Source: Squalus acanthias (Eukaryota). From it: DNA of 64,000 bases. Made by a program: the position numbers and the translations under genes. Positions 13,101 to 26,689 of this stretch are shown piece after piece (the stretch's first letter is position 1; every line of letters begins with the position of its first letter). The stretch spans positions 5,766,001-5,830,000 of the forward strand of contig CM059433.1 in NCBI GenBank assembly GCA_030390025.1. The letters run 5' to 3'. The notes beneath the pieces are model-generated. The model made no database searches, was not told the DNA's origin, and saw only the letters and a list, made by a program, of their open reading frames with translations.

Positions 13101-14700
13101 CCTTTGTTAGTGCCGCTTGATAGCATTGTCGATGACAGCTTCCATCACTTTGCTGATGATGGAGAGATGGCTGATGGGATGGTAACGGGCTGTCGGATTA
13201 GTCCAGCTTTTTGTGGACTGTACATACCTGGCCAATTTACCACTTTGTCGGGGAGATGCCAGTACGGGAGCAGCTTGGTAGTGTTGCAGCTAGTTCTGGA
13301 CACAGGTCTTCAGCACTGCAGCCACGATGTTGTCAGAACCCATAGCCTTTGCTGTATCCAGTGCGCTGTACCGTTCTTGATATCACGTGGAGTGAAGTGA
13401 ATTAGCTGAAGACTGGCTTCTGTGAGGGTGGGACCTCAGGAGCAGGCTGAGATCATCATCCCCTTGGCACTTGTGACTGAAGATGGTTGCGAAGGCTTCA
13501 GCCTTGTCTTTTTCACTCAGGTGCTGTGCTCCGCCATCATTGAGGATGTGGATGTTCAAGGAGCCTCCTCCTCCCGTTAGTTGTTTAATTGTCCATCACC
13601 ATTCCCGACTGGATGTGACAGGACTGCAGAGCTTTGATCTGATCCATTGGGTGTGGGATCGCTTAGCTCTGTCTATAGCACGCTGCCTCCGCTGTTTAAC
13701 ATGCATATAGTCCTGTGTTGTAGCTTCACCAAGTTGGTTTCTGATTTTCTGATACACCTGGTGCAGCTCCTGGAATGCTCTTCAACACTCCTTATTGAAC
13801 CAGGGCTGGTTTGATGGTAATGGTAGAAATGAGGGATATACCAGGCCATGAGTTTACAGATTATGGTGGAATACAATTCTGTTGCTGCTGATGGCCCACA
13901 GCGCCTCATGGATGCCCAGTTTTGAGCTGCTAGATGTGTTCTTAATCTATCCCATTCAGCACAGTGGTAGGGCACACAACACGATGAAGGGGTGTCCTCA
14001 GTGACTCGGTAGTACCATGATTGTCCAAGCTGGCTGAGTCCTGAAGGACATAGCAGCCAGACTGACTCACGCAGGTGGTGAGAGAACAAACACGAGCCTC
14101 TACCGAGCAAACACTTGGTGAGGGACATTGAAGTCCCCACCCAGAGTACATTCTGTGCATCAGCAGCCACAGTGCGCCGGAGGAGGAGGGAGTAAATGTT
14201 TAGAAGATGCGCTGTGTACTCACCCGTCAGGCCGCCTGAAGTGCTGGTTTCCTGCATGCAGTGCGCATGCGCGGGCAACTGGAACTTCCGGTCCTCGTGA
14301 AGGGGAGGGTTCCAGATGTGAACCGCGTGCACAGGAGAGGCTGCGCGCATGCAGGGAACTTAGGTTTTTTTCAGGTTTCTCCGGGAAAGGTAAGTATGGA
14401 AGAAGCTGCGCTTTTTTAAAAAGGAGGCGTAGGACCCGTTTTTAACAAGGTAAGTGGTTAATTAATTACAATTTAAAAACATTTTCAACAGATTTATCTT
14501 TTTTAGATACTTTAAAGAAAGGTAAGTTTATTTTTAGCACTCTTAAAAAGTACTTTAATTTTTTCAAAAATTAAAATTTTTGTTTTAAGTAGTTAATTTA
14601 TTTAACTTATAGTTATTTTAAAAATGTGAATGGTTTTTAAAAAATGTATTGAAGTTTAGGTGTTGTTTTGGGGCCGATTTCCAATTCATAGATTTGACAG
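10177..14700 (+). repeat. Array unit 3 (short type, ~485 bp deletion; mosaic)
   Basis: Junction TAAATGTTTAGAAGATGCGCTGTGTACTC at ~14193-14221 replaces unit-1 segment ~4194-4677. Confidence 0.92.
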
Positions 14701-17700
14701 GTCTTGGTTGGCGGACAGAAAGCAGAGAGTAGGAATTAATGGGTCTTTTTCCAAATGGCAAGTAGTGACTAGTGGGGTACCGCAGGGATCGGTCCTTGAC
14801 CCCAGCTATTCAACAATATACATTAATGATCTAGATAAGGAACTAAATGTAATATCTTCCAAGTTTGAGATGACACAAAGCTGGGTGGGTGTGTGTGCTG
14901 CGAGGAGGATACCGAGAAACTCCAGGATGATTTGGACAGGTTGGGTGATTGGGCAGAAGTGTGGCAGATGCAATATAACGTGGATAAATGCGAGGTTATC
15001 CACTTTGGTGTCAAAAACAGAAAGGCAGACTATTATCTGAATGGCAATAGATTGGGAGAAGGGGAAGTGCAACGAGACCTGGGTTGTCCTTGTGCACCAG
15101 TCGCTGAAAGTAAGCATGCAGGTGCAGCAGGCGGTGAAGAAGGCAAATGGTATGTTGGCCTTCATAGCGAAAGGGTTTGAGTATAGGAACAGGATGTCCT
15201 GCTGAAGTTGTACAGGGCCTTGGTGAGACCACACCTTGAGTACTGTGTGCAGTTTTGGTCGCCTTATCTGAGGAAGGATGTTCTTGCCATGGAAGGAGTT
15301 CAGCGAAGATTCACAAGGCTGATACCTGGGATGGCAGAGAATGAAATAATGAGGGAGAGATTGGGTCGATTGGGCTTATACTCGCTGGAGTATAGAAGAA
15401 TGAGAGGGGATCTCATCGAAACATATAAAATTCTGACAGGTCTGGACAAACTAGATGCAGGAAGAATGTTCCCGATGGTCGGAGAGTCCAGAACCAGGGG
15501 TCATAATCTAAGGATAAGGGGTAAGCCATTTAGGACAGAAATGAGGAAGAATTTCTTCACCCAGAGAGTGGTGAACCTGTGGAATTCTCTACCACAGAAG
15601 GTAGTTGAGGCCAAGTCATTAAATATATTCAAGAATGAGTTAGATATATTTCTTAAAGCTAAAGGTATCAAGGGATATGGGGAGAAGGCAGGTACAGGGT
15701 ACTGAGTTTGGATGATCAGCCATGATCTCATCGAATGGCGGAGCAGGCTCGAGGGGCCGAATGGCCTACTCCTGCTCCTATCTTCTATGTTTCTATGTTT
15801 CTATGTCTTCACAAAGGAGGACACAAATAAACCTCCAGAGATGTTCGGGGGGAACATAGGGTCTAATGAAGGGAGGAACTGAATGAAATCAGTATTTGTA
15901 GGGAAATGGTATAAGGGAAATGACGGATTGAAGGCCTGATAAATCCCCAGGGCCTGATAATCTACATCCTAGGGTACTTAAGGAAGTGGCCCTAGAAATA
16001 GTAGATGCATTGCTGGTCATCTTCCAAACATCCTCTAGACTCTGGAACAGTTCCCATGGATTGGAGGGGTAGCTAATGTAACCCCACTATTTAAAAGAGG
16101 TGGTAGAGAGAAAATGGGAATTATAGACCGGTAAGCCTGATATCGGTAGTGGGGAAAATGCTCGAGTCCATTATAAAAGATGTAATAGCAGAGCACTTGG
16201 AAAACAGTGACAGGATCGGACAAAGTCAACATGGATTTACAAAAGTAAATCATGCTTGACTAATCTACAGGGTGTAACTGGTAGAATAGATAAGGGAGAA
16301 CCAGTACACGTGGTGTATTTGAGACTTTCAGAAGGCTTTCCGATAAGGTCCCGCATAAGAGATTAGCGTGCAAAGTTAAAGCACATGGGATGGTGGGGTA
16401 AGGTACTGACTTGGATAGAGAACTGGTTGCAGACAGGAAGCAAAGAGTTGGAATAAACGGGTCTTTTTCCGAGTGGCAGGCAGTGACTAGTGGGGGTACC
16501 GCAGGGATCGGTGCTAGGACCCCAGCTATTCACAATATATATTAATGAGTCTAGACGAGGGAACTAGATGTAATATCTCCAAGTTTGCAGACAACACAAA
16601 GCTGGGTGGGCGTATGTGCTGTGAGGAGGTTGCAGAGAAACTGCAGTATGATTTGGACAGGTTGGGTGATGGGCAGATGCATGGCAGATGCATGGATAAA
16701 TGCGAGGATATCCACTTTGGTGGCAAAAACAGGAAGGCACATTATCTGAACGGCAATAGATTGGGAAAAGGGAAGTGTAACGAGACCTGCGTGTCCTTGT
16801 GCACCAGTCGCTGAAGGTAAGCATGCAGGTGCAGCAGGCGGTTAAGAAGGCAAATGGTATGGTTGGCCCTTCATAGCGAGAGGATTCGAGTACAGAGCAA
16901 GGATGTCTTGCTGCAGTTGTACAGGGCCTTGGTGAGGACCCACACCTTGAGTGTTGTGTGCAGTTTTGGTCGCCTTATCTGAGGAAGGATGCTCTTGCCA
17001 TGGAGGGAGTGCAGCGAAGATTCACCAGACTGATACCTGGGATGGCAGGAATGACGTATGAAGAGAGATTGGGTCGATTAGGCTTATATTCGCTAGAGTT
17101 TAGAAGAATGAGAGGGGATCTCATTGAAACTTATAAAATACTACAGGACTAGACGACTAGATGCAGGAAGGCTGTTCCCGATGGTGGGGGAGTCCAGAAC
17201 CAAGGGTCACAGTCTAAGGATAAGGGGTAAGCCATTTAGGACTGAGAGGAGGAGGAATTTCTTCACCCAGAGAGTGGTGAACTGTGGAATTCTCTACCAC
17301 AGAAGGCAGTTGAGGCCAATTCATTAAATATCTTCAAGAAGGAGTTAGATTATTTCTTAAGGGCTAAGGGGATCAAGGGATATGGGGAGAAAGCAGGGAC
17401 AGGGTACTGAATTTGATGATCAGCCATGATCACATTGAATGGCGGAGCAGGCTCGAGGGGCCGAATGGCCTACTCCTGCTCCTATCTTCTATGATTTCTA
17501 TGTTTCTATGACAGTCACTCTCACCTCACCTCTGGAATTCAGCTCTTTTGTCCATGTTTGGACCAAGGCTGTAATGCGGTCAGGAGCCAAGTGGTCCTGA
17601 CGGAAACCAAACTGGTCATCGGTGAGCTGGTTATTGTGCCTTTGTTAGTGCCGCTTGATAGCATTGTCGATGACAGCTTCCATCACTTTGCTGATGATGG

Positions 17701-19228
17701 AGAGATGGCTGATGGGATGGTAACGGGCTGTCGGATTAGTCCAGCTTTTTGTGGACTGTACATACCTGGCCAATTTACCACTTTGTCGGGGAGATGCCAG
17801 TACGGGAACAGCTTGGATAGTGTTGCAGCTAGTTCTGGACACAGGTCTTCAGCACTGCAGCCGCGATGTTGTCAGAACCCATAGCCTTTGCTGTATCCAG
17901 TGCGCTGTACCGTTCTTGATATCACGTGGAGTGAAGTGAATTAGCTGAAGACTGGCTTCTGTGAGGGTGGGACCTCAGGAGCAGGCTGAGATGCATCATC
18001 CCCTTGGCACTTGTGACTGAAGATGGTTGCGAAGGCTTCAGCCTTGTCTTTTTCACTCAGGTGCTGTGCTCCGCCATCATTGAGGATGTGGATGTTCAAG
18101 GAGCCTCCTCCTCCGTTAGTTGTTTAATTGTCCATCACCATTCCCGACTGGATGTGACAGGACTGCAGAGCTTTGATCTGATCCATTGGGTGTGGGGATC
18201 GCTTAGCTCTGTCTATAGCACGCTGCCTCGCTGTTTAACATGCATATAGTCCTGTGTTGTAGCTTCAGCAAGTTGGTTTCTGATTTTCTGATACACCTGG
18301 TGCAGCTCCTGGAATGCTCTTCAACACTCCTTATTGAACCAGGGCTGCTTTTGATGTAATGGTAGAATGAGGGATATACTGGCCATGAGTTTACAGATAT
18401 GGTGGAATACAATTCTGTTGCTGCTGATGGCCCACAGCACCTCATGGATGCCCAGTTTTGAGCTGCTAGATGTGTTCTTAATCTATCCCATTTAGCACAG
18501 TGGTAGGGCACACAACACGATGAAGGGGTGTCCTCAGTGACTCGGTAGTACCATGATTGTCCAAGCTGGCTGAGTCCTGAAGGACATAGCAGCCAGACTG
18601 ACTCACGGCAGGTGGTGAGAGAACAAACACGAGCCTCTACCGAGCAACACTTGGTGAGGGACATTGAAGTCCCCCACCCAGAGTACATTCTGTGCACCAG
18701 CAGCCACAGTGCGCCGGAGGAGGGAGTAAATGTTTAAGAAGATGCGCTTGTACTGCACCCTCAGGCCGCCTGAAGTGCTGGTTTCCTGCATGCAGTGCGC
18801 ATGCGCGGGCAACTGGAACTTCCGGTCTCGTGAAGGGAGGGGTTCAGATGTGAACCGCGTGCACAGGAGAGGCTGCGCGCATGGCAGGGACTTAGGTTTT
18901 TTTTTCAGGTTCTCTCGGAAGGTATGTATTGGAAGAAGCTGCGCTTTTAACAAAGGAGGCGCAGGACCCGTTTTTAACAAGGTAAGTGGTTAATAATTAC
19001 AATTTAAAAACATTTTCAACAGATCTATCTTTTTAGATACCTTTAAAGAAAGGTAAGTTTATTTTTAGCACTCTTAAAAAGTACTTTAATTTTTTTCAAA
19101 AATTAAAATTTTTGTTTTAGTAGTTATTTTATTTAACTTATAGTTATTTTAAAATGTGATGGTTTTTTTAAAAAATGTATTTGAAGTTTAGTGTGTTTTG
19201 GGCCGATTTCAATTCATAGATTTGACAG
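14701..19228 (+). repeat. Array unit 4 (short type)
   Basis: Same deletion junction at ~18735-18745; many single-base indels. Confidence 0.92.
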
Positions 19229-22200
19229 GTCTTGGTGGCGGACAGAAAGCAGAGAGTAGAATTAATGGGTCTTTCCGAATGGCAAGTAGTGACTAGTGGG
19301 GTACCGCAGGGATCGGTCCTTGGACCCCAGCTATTCACAATATACATTAATGATCTAGATAAGGGAACTAAATGTAATATCTCCAAGTTTGCAGATGACA
19401 CAAAGCTGGGTGGAGTGTGTGCTGCGAGGAGGATACCGAGAAACTCCAGGATGATTTGGACAGGTTGGGTGATTGGGCAGAGTGTGGCAGATGCAATATA
19501 ACGTGGATAAATGCGAGGTTATCCACTTTGGTGTCAAAAACAGAAAGGCAGACTATTATCTGAATGGCAATAGATTGGGAGAAGGGGAAGTGCAACGAGA
19601 CCTGGGTGTCCTTGTGCACCAGTCGCTGAAAGTAAGCATGCAGGTGCAGCAGGCGGTGAGAAGGCAAATGGTATGTTGGCCTTCATAGCGAAAGGGTTTG
19701 AGTATAGGAACAGGGATGTCCTGCTGCAGTTGTACAGGGCCTTGGTGAGACCACACCTTGAGTACTGTGTGCAGTTTTGGTCGCCTTATCTGAGGAAGGA
19801 TGTTCTTGCCATGGAAGGAGTTCAGCGAAGATTCACAGGCTGATACCTGGATGGCAGGAATGACATATGAGGAGAGATTGGGTCGATTGGGCTTATACTC
19901 GCTTGGAGTATAGAAGAATGAGAGGGGATCTCATCGAAACATCTAAAATTCTGACAGGTCTGGACAAACTAGATGCAGGAAGAATGTTCCCGATGGTCTG
20001 GAGAGTCCAGAACCAGGGGTCATAATCTAAGGATAAGGGGTAAGCCATTTAGGACAGAAATGAGGAAGAATTTCTTCACCCAGAGAGTGGTGACACCTGT
20101 GGCATTCTCTACCACAGAAGGTAGTTGAGGCCAAGTCATTAAATAATTCAAGAATGAGTTAGATATATTTCTTAAAGCTAAAGGTATCAAGGGATATGGG
20201 GAGAAGCAGGTACAGGGTACTGAGTTTGGATGATCAGCCATGATCTCATCGAATGGCGGAGCAGGCTCGAGGGCGAATGGCCCTCCTCCTGCTCCTATCT
20301 TCTATGTTTCTATGTTTCTATGTCTTCACAAAGGAGGACACAAATAACCTCCCAGAGATGTCGGGGAACATAGGTCTAATGAGAGGGAGGAACTGAATGA
20401 AAATCAGTATTTGTAGGGAAATGGTATAAGGGAAATTGACGGGATTGAAGGCCGATAAATCCCCAGGGCCTGATAATCTACATCCTAGGGTACTTAGGAA
20501 GTGGCCCCTAGAAATAGTAGATGCATTGCTGGTCATCTTCCAAACTATCTATAAGCTCTGGAACAGTTCCCATGGATTGGAGGGTAGCTAATGTAACCCC
20601 ACTATTTAAAAGAGGTGGTAGAGAGAAAATGGGGAATATAGACCGGTAAGCCTGACATCGGTAGTGGGGAAAATGCTCGAGTCCATTATAAAAGATGTAA
20701 TAGCAGAGCACTTGGAAACAGTGACAGGATCGGACAAAGTCAACATGATTTACAAAGGTAAATCATGCTTGACTAATCTACAGGGGTAACTGGTAGAATA
20801 GATAAGGGAGAACCAGTAGACGTGGTGTATTTGGACTTTCAGAAGGCTTTCGATAAGGTCCCCGCATAAGAGATTAGCGTGCAAAGTTAAAGCACATGGG
20901 ATTGGTGGGGGTAAGGTACTGACTTGGATAGAAACTGGTGGCAGACAGGAAGCAAAGAGTTGGAATAAACGGGTCTTTTTCCGAGTGGCAGGCAGTGACT
21001 AGTGGGGTACCGCAGAGATCGGTGCTAGGACCCAGCTATTCACAATATATATTAATGATCTAGACGAGGGAACTAGATGTAATATCTCCAAGTTTGCAGA
21101 CAACACAAAGCTGGGTTGGGCGTATGTGCTGTGAGGAGGTTGCAGAGAAACTGCAGTATGATTTGGACAGGTTGGGTGATTGGGCAGATGCATGGCAGAT
21201 GCATGGATAAATGCGAGGATATCCACTTTGGTGGCAAAAACAGGAAGGCACATTATCTGAACGGCAATAGATTGGGAAAAGGGGAAGTGTAACGAGACCC
21301 TGCGTGTCCTTGTGCACCAGTCGCTGAAGGTAAGCATGCAGGTGCAGCAGGCGGTTAAGAAGGCAAATGGTATGTTGGCCTTCATAGCGAGAGGATTCGA
21401 GTACAGGAGCAAGGATGTCATGCGGCAGTTGTACAGGGCCTTGGTGAGACCACACCTTGAGTGTTGTGTGCAGTTTTGGTCGCCTTATCTGAGGAAGGAT
21501 GCTCTTGCCATGGAGGGAGTGCAGCGAAGATTCCCAGACCTGATACCTGGGATGGCAGGAATGACGTATGAGAGAGATTGGGTCGATTAGGCTTATATTC
21601 GCTAGAGTTTAGAAGAATGAGAGGGGATCTCATTGAAACTTATAAAATTCTAACAGGACTAGACAGACTAGATGCAGGAAGGCTGTTCCGATGGTGGGGG
21701 AGTCCAGAACCAAGGGTCACAGTCTAAGGATAAGGGGTAAGCCACTTAGGGACAGAGAGGAGGAGGAATTCTTCACCCAGAGAGTGGTGACCCTGTGGAA
21801 TTCTCTACCACAGAAGGCAGTTGAGGCCAATTCATTAAATCTTCAAGAAGGAGTTAGATAATATTTCTTAAGGCTAAGGGATCAAGGGATATGGGGAGAA
21901 AGCAGGGACAGGGTACTGAATTTGGATGATCAGCATGATCACATTGAATGGCGGAGCAGGCTCGAGGGGCGAATGGGGTCCTACTCCTGCTCCTATCCTT
22001 CTATGTTTCTATGTTTCTATGACAGTCACTCTCACCTCACCTCTGGAATTCAGCTCTTTTGTCCATGTTTGGACCAAGGCTGTAATCGCGGTCAGGAGCC
22101 AAGTGGTCCTGACGGAAACAAACTGGTCATCGGTGCGTGGTTATTTGTGCCTTTGTTAGTGCCGCTTGATAGCATTGTCGATGACAGCTTCCATCACTTT

Positions 22201-23749
22201 GCTGATGATGGAGAGATGGCTGATGGGATGGTAACGGGCTGTCGGATTAGTCCAGCTTTTTGTGGACTGTACATACCTGGCCAATTTACCACTTTGTCGG
22301 GGAGATGCCAGTACGGGAGCAGCTTGGATAGTGTTGCAGCTAGTTCTGGACACAGGTCTTCAGCACTGCAGCCGCGATGTTGTCAGAACCAATAGCCTTT
22401 GCTGTATCCAGTGCGCTGTACCGTTCTTGATATCACATGGAGTGAAGTGAATTAGCTGAAGACTGGCTTCTGTGAGGGTGGGACCTCAGGAGCAGGCCGA
22501 GATGCATCATCCCTTGGCACTTGTGACTGAAGATGGTTGCGAAGGCTTCAGCTTGTCTTTTTCACTCATGCTGTGCTCCGCCATCATTGAGGATGTGGAT
22601 GTTCAAGGAGCCTCCTCCTCCGTTAGTTGTTTAATTGTCCATCACCATTCCCGACTGGATGTGACAGGACTGCAGAGCTTTGATCTGATCCATTGGGTGT
22701 GGGATCGCTTAGCTCTGTCTATAGCACGCTGCCTCCGCTGTTTAAACATGCATATAGTCCTGTGTTGTATGCTTCAACAAGTTGGTTTTCTGATTTTTCT
22801 GATACACCTGGTGCAGCTCCTGGAGTGCTCTCTCAACACTCCTTATTGAACCAGGGCTGGTTGATGGTAATGGTAGAATGAGGGAAATGCCGGGCCATGA
22901 GTTTACAGATTAAGGTGGAATACAATTCTGTTGCTGGCTGATGGCCCACAGCACCTCATGTATGCCCAGTTTTTGAGCTGCTAAGATGAGTTCTTAATCT
23001 ATCCCATTCAGCACAGTGGTAGGGCACACAACACGATGAAGGGGTGTCCTCAGTGATCGGTAGTACCATGATTGACCAAGCTGGCTGAGTCCTGAAGGAC
23101 ATAGCACGCCAGACTGACTCACGGCAGGGTGGTGAGAGAACAAACACGAGCCTCTACCGAGCAACACTTGGTGAGGGACATTGAAGTCCCCCACCCAGAG
23201 TACATTCTGTGCATCAGCAGCCACAGTGCGCCGGAGGAGGAGGGAGTAAATGTTTAAGAAGATGCGCTTGTGTACTCACCCGTCAGGCCGCCTGAAGTGC
23301 TGGTTTCCTGCATTGCAGTGCGCATGGCGGGCAACTGGAACTTCCGGTCTCGTGAAGGGAGGGGTTCAGAGGTGAACCGCGTGCACGGGAGAGGCTGCGC
23401 GCATGCAGGGAACTTAGGTTTTTTTCAGGTTTCTCCGGGAAGGTAAGTATGGAAGAAGCTGCGCTTTTTAAAGGAGGCGCAGGACCCGTTTTTAACAAGG
23501 TAAGTGTTTATTAATTACAATTTAAAAACATTTTCAACAGATTTATCTTTTTTAGATACTTTAAAAGAAAGGTAAGTTTAATTTTTAGCACTCTTAAAAA
23601 GTACTTTAATTTTTCAAAAATTAAATTTTTGTTTTAAGTAGTTAATTTATTTAACTTATAGTTATTTTAAAAATGTGATGGTTTTTTTAAAAATGTATTT
23701 GAAGTTTAGGTGTTGTTTTGGGGCCGATTTCAATTCATAGATTTGACAG
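19229..23749 (+). repeat. Array unit 5 (short type)
   Basis: Same deletion junction at ~23255-23265. Confidence 0.92.
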
Positions 23750-26108
23750 GTCTTGGTGGCGGACAGAAGCAGAGAGTAGGAATTAATGGGTCTTTTTCCA
23801 AATGGCAAGTAGTGACTAGTGGGGTACGCAGGGATCGGTCCTTGGACCCAGCTATTCACAATATACATTAATGATCTAGATAAGTGAACTAAATGTAATA
23901 TCTCCAAGTTTGCAGATGACACAAAGCTGGGTGGGAGTGTGTGCTGCGAGGAGGATACCGAGAAACTCCAGGATGATTTGGACAGGTTGGGTGATTGGGC
24001 AGAAGTGTGGCAGATGCAATATAACGTGGATAAATGCGAGGTTATCCACTTTGGTGTCAAAAACAGAAAGGCAGACTATTATCTGAATGGCAATAGATTG
24101 GGAGAAGGGGAAGTGCAACGAGACCTGGGTGTCCTTGTGCACCAGTCGCTGAAAGTAAGCATGCAGGTTGCAGCAGCGGTGAAGAAGGCAAATGGTATGT
24201 TGGCCTTCATAGCGAAAGGGTTTTGAGTATAGGAACAGGGATGTCCTGCTGCAGTTGTACAGGGCCCTTGGTGAGACCACACTTGAGTACTGTGTGCAGT
24301 TTTTGGTCGCCTTATCTGAGGAAGGATGTTCTTGCCATGGAAAGGAGTTCAGCGAAGATTCACAAGGCTGATACCTGGGATGGCAGGAATGACATATGAG
24401 GAGAGATTGGGTCGATTGGGCTTATACTCGCTGGAGTATAGAAGAATGAGAGGGGATCTCATCGAAACATATAAAATTCTGACAGGTCTGGACAAACTAG
24501 ATGCAGGAAGAATGTTCCCGATGGTCGGAGGAGTCCAGAACCAGGGGTCATAATCTAAGGATAAGGGGTAAGCCATTTAGGACAGAAATGAGGAAGAATT
24601 TCTTCACCCAGAGAGTGGTTGAACCTGTGGAATTCTCTACCACAGAAGGTAGTTGAGGCCAAGTCATTAAATATATTCAAGAATGAGTTAGATATATTTC
24701 TTAAAGCTAAAGGTATCAAGGGATATGGGGAGAAGGCAGGTACAGGGTACTGAGTTTGGATGATCAGCCATGATCTCATCGAATGGCGGAGCAGGTCGAG
24801 GGGCCGAATGGCCCTACTCCTGCTCCTATCTTCTATGTTTCTATGTTTCTATGTCTTCACAAAGGAGGACACAAATAACCTCCCAGAGATGTCGGGGAAC
24901 ATAGGGTCTAATGAGAGGGAAGAACTGAATGAAATCAGTATTTGTAGGGAAATGGTTATAAGGGAAATTGACTGGGATTGAAGGCCTAATAAATCCCCAG
25001 GCCTGATAATCTACATCCTAGGGTACTTAAGGAAGTGGCCCTAGAAATAGTAGATGCATTGCTGGTCATCTTCCAAACATCTTTAGACTCTGGAACAGTT
25101 CCCATGGATTGGAGGGTAGCTAATGTAACCCCACTATTTAAAAGAGGTGGTAGAGAGAAAATGGGGAATTATAGACCGGTAAGCCTGAATCGGGTAGTGG
25201 GGAAAATGCTAGAGTCATTATAAAGATGTAATAGCAGAGCACTTGGAAAACAGTGACAGGATCGGACAAAGTCAACATGGATTTACAAAAGGTAAATCAC
25301 TGCTTGACTAATCTACAGGGTGTCAACTGGTAGAATAGATAAGGGAGAACCAGTTTACACGTGGTGTATTTGGACTTTCAGAAGGCTCTTCGATTAGGTC
25401 CCGCAAAGAGATTAGCGTGCAAAGTTAAAGCACATGGGATTGGTGGGGGTAAGGTACTGACTTGGATAGAAAACTGGTTGGCAGACAGGAAGCAAAGAGT
25501 TGGAATAAACGGGTCTTTTTCGAGTGGCAGGCTGTGACTAGTGGGGTACCGCAGGGATCGGTGCTAGGACCCAGCTATTCACCAATATATATTAATGATC
25601 TAGACGAGGGAACTAGATGTAATATCTCAAGTTTGCAGACAACACAAAGCTGGGTGGGCGTATGTGCTGTGAGGAGGTTGCAGAGAAACTGCAGTATGAT
25701 TTGGACAGGTTGGGTGATGGGCAGATGCATGGCAGATGCTTGGATAAATGCGAGGATATCCACTTTGGTGGCAAAAACAGGAAGGCACATTATCTGAACG
25801 GCAATAGATTGGAAAAGGGAAGTGTAACGAGACCTGGTGTCTTGTGCACCAGTCGCTTGAAGGTAAGCATGCAGGTGCAGCAGGCGGTAAGAAGGCAAAT
25901 GGTATGTTGGCCTTCATAGCGAGAGGATTCGAGTACAGGAGCAAGGATGTCTTGCTGCAGTTGTACAGGGCCTTGGTGAGACCACACCTTGAGTGTTGTG
26001 TGCAGTTTTGGTCGCCTTATCTGAGGAAGGATGCTCTTGCCATGGAGGGAGTGCAGCGAAGATTCACCAGACTGATACCTGGGATGGCAGGAATGACGTA
26101 TGAAGAGA
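23750..26108 (+). repeat. Array unit 6 (partial, ends at gap)
   Basis: LINE-A and most of LINE-B, then N run. Confidence 0.92.
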
Positions 26109-26308
26109 NNNNNNNNNNNNNNNNNNNNNNNNNNNNNNNNNNNNNNNNNNNNNNNNNNNNNNNNNNNNNNNNNNNNNNNNNNNNNNNNNNNNNNNNNNNN
26201 NNNNNNNNNNNNNNNNNNNNNNNNNNNNNNNNNNNNNNNNNNNNNNNNNNNNNNNNNNNNNNNNNNNNNNNNNNNNNNNNNNNNNNNNNNNNNNNNNNNN
26301 NNNNNNNN
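26109..26308. other. Assembly gap (200 N)
   Basis: Run of exactly 200 N. Confidence 0.99.
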
Positions 26309-26319
26309 TGGATATTTTC

Positions 26320-26689
26320 TCAAAATCCATTGGCTGAGACAAAAAGTATGACCTTTGACACATGCTTGCCTGGAAAGTGCGATCGAGGTATTCAAGACAT
26401 ATCCACGTCCACCTCTATGGTGCAAGGTCCTTTCAAAGGCTGAACGAGAATGAGCTCGCCCGTCTGTCTGTCGGATCGCTGGACTACAAACTGCCCTCGG
26501 TTGCTTCCTCCTACAATGCCAAAACGCAAGCTGTCTGCCCGGGCCTCCCGGGAGCAGCAGCTGTCGCCATACGGAACAGGGTGACCGGGGTCTTCAGTTT
26601 GAGGCATCGACAGGTAATGGAAGGAGATGGTCTTAGCAGCATGATGGCAGGATTTGCTGTTCATAGGGCAGGGGTGACGTTCACATTGA
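26320..26689 (-). CDS. FBLN7: Fibulin-7 last coding exon (exon 8; fibulin C-terminal domain), with 4 apparent small indels
   Basis: Acceptor TTTCCAG; QCERHPCPMNSKSCHHAAKTISFHYLSMP / KLKTPVTLFRMATAAAPGRPG / DSLRFGIVGGSNRGQFVVQRSDRQTGELILVQPLKGPCTIEVDVDMS / EYLDRTFQ / KHVSKVILFVSANGF-stop, read across frames; matches the FBLN7 C-terminus. Confidence 0.92.

Larger units (their letters stand above)
1..26108. repeat. Head-to-tail tandem array (macrosatellite-like) of a 4.5-5.0 kb TE-derived composite unit; 5 full copies plus partial copies at both ends
   Basis: The junction TTTGACAG|GTCTTGG recurs at 158, 5166, 10176, 14700, 19228 and 23749 (periods 5008, 5010, 4524, 4528, 4521). The same ORF set recurs in the ORF track. 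The array runs off the window start and into the N gap. Confidence 0.97.

Noticed and set aside
144..25944. Many minus-strand ORFs (MTPKWITSHLS..., MWSHQGP...)
   Set aside because: Antisense shadows of LINE ORF2.
127..26108. Repeated RT ORFs as a functional gene cluster, retron or DGR-like system
   Set aside because: Motifs, 3' UTRs and tails are those of CR1 LINE ORF2 fragments; they are truncated, mostly disrupted and in a vertebrate context.
25790..26443. ORFs spanning the N run (apparent LINE-fibulin fusion)
   Set aside because: Artefact of translating through the gap.
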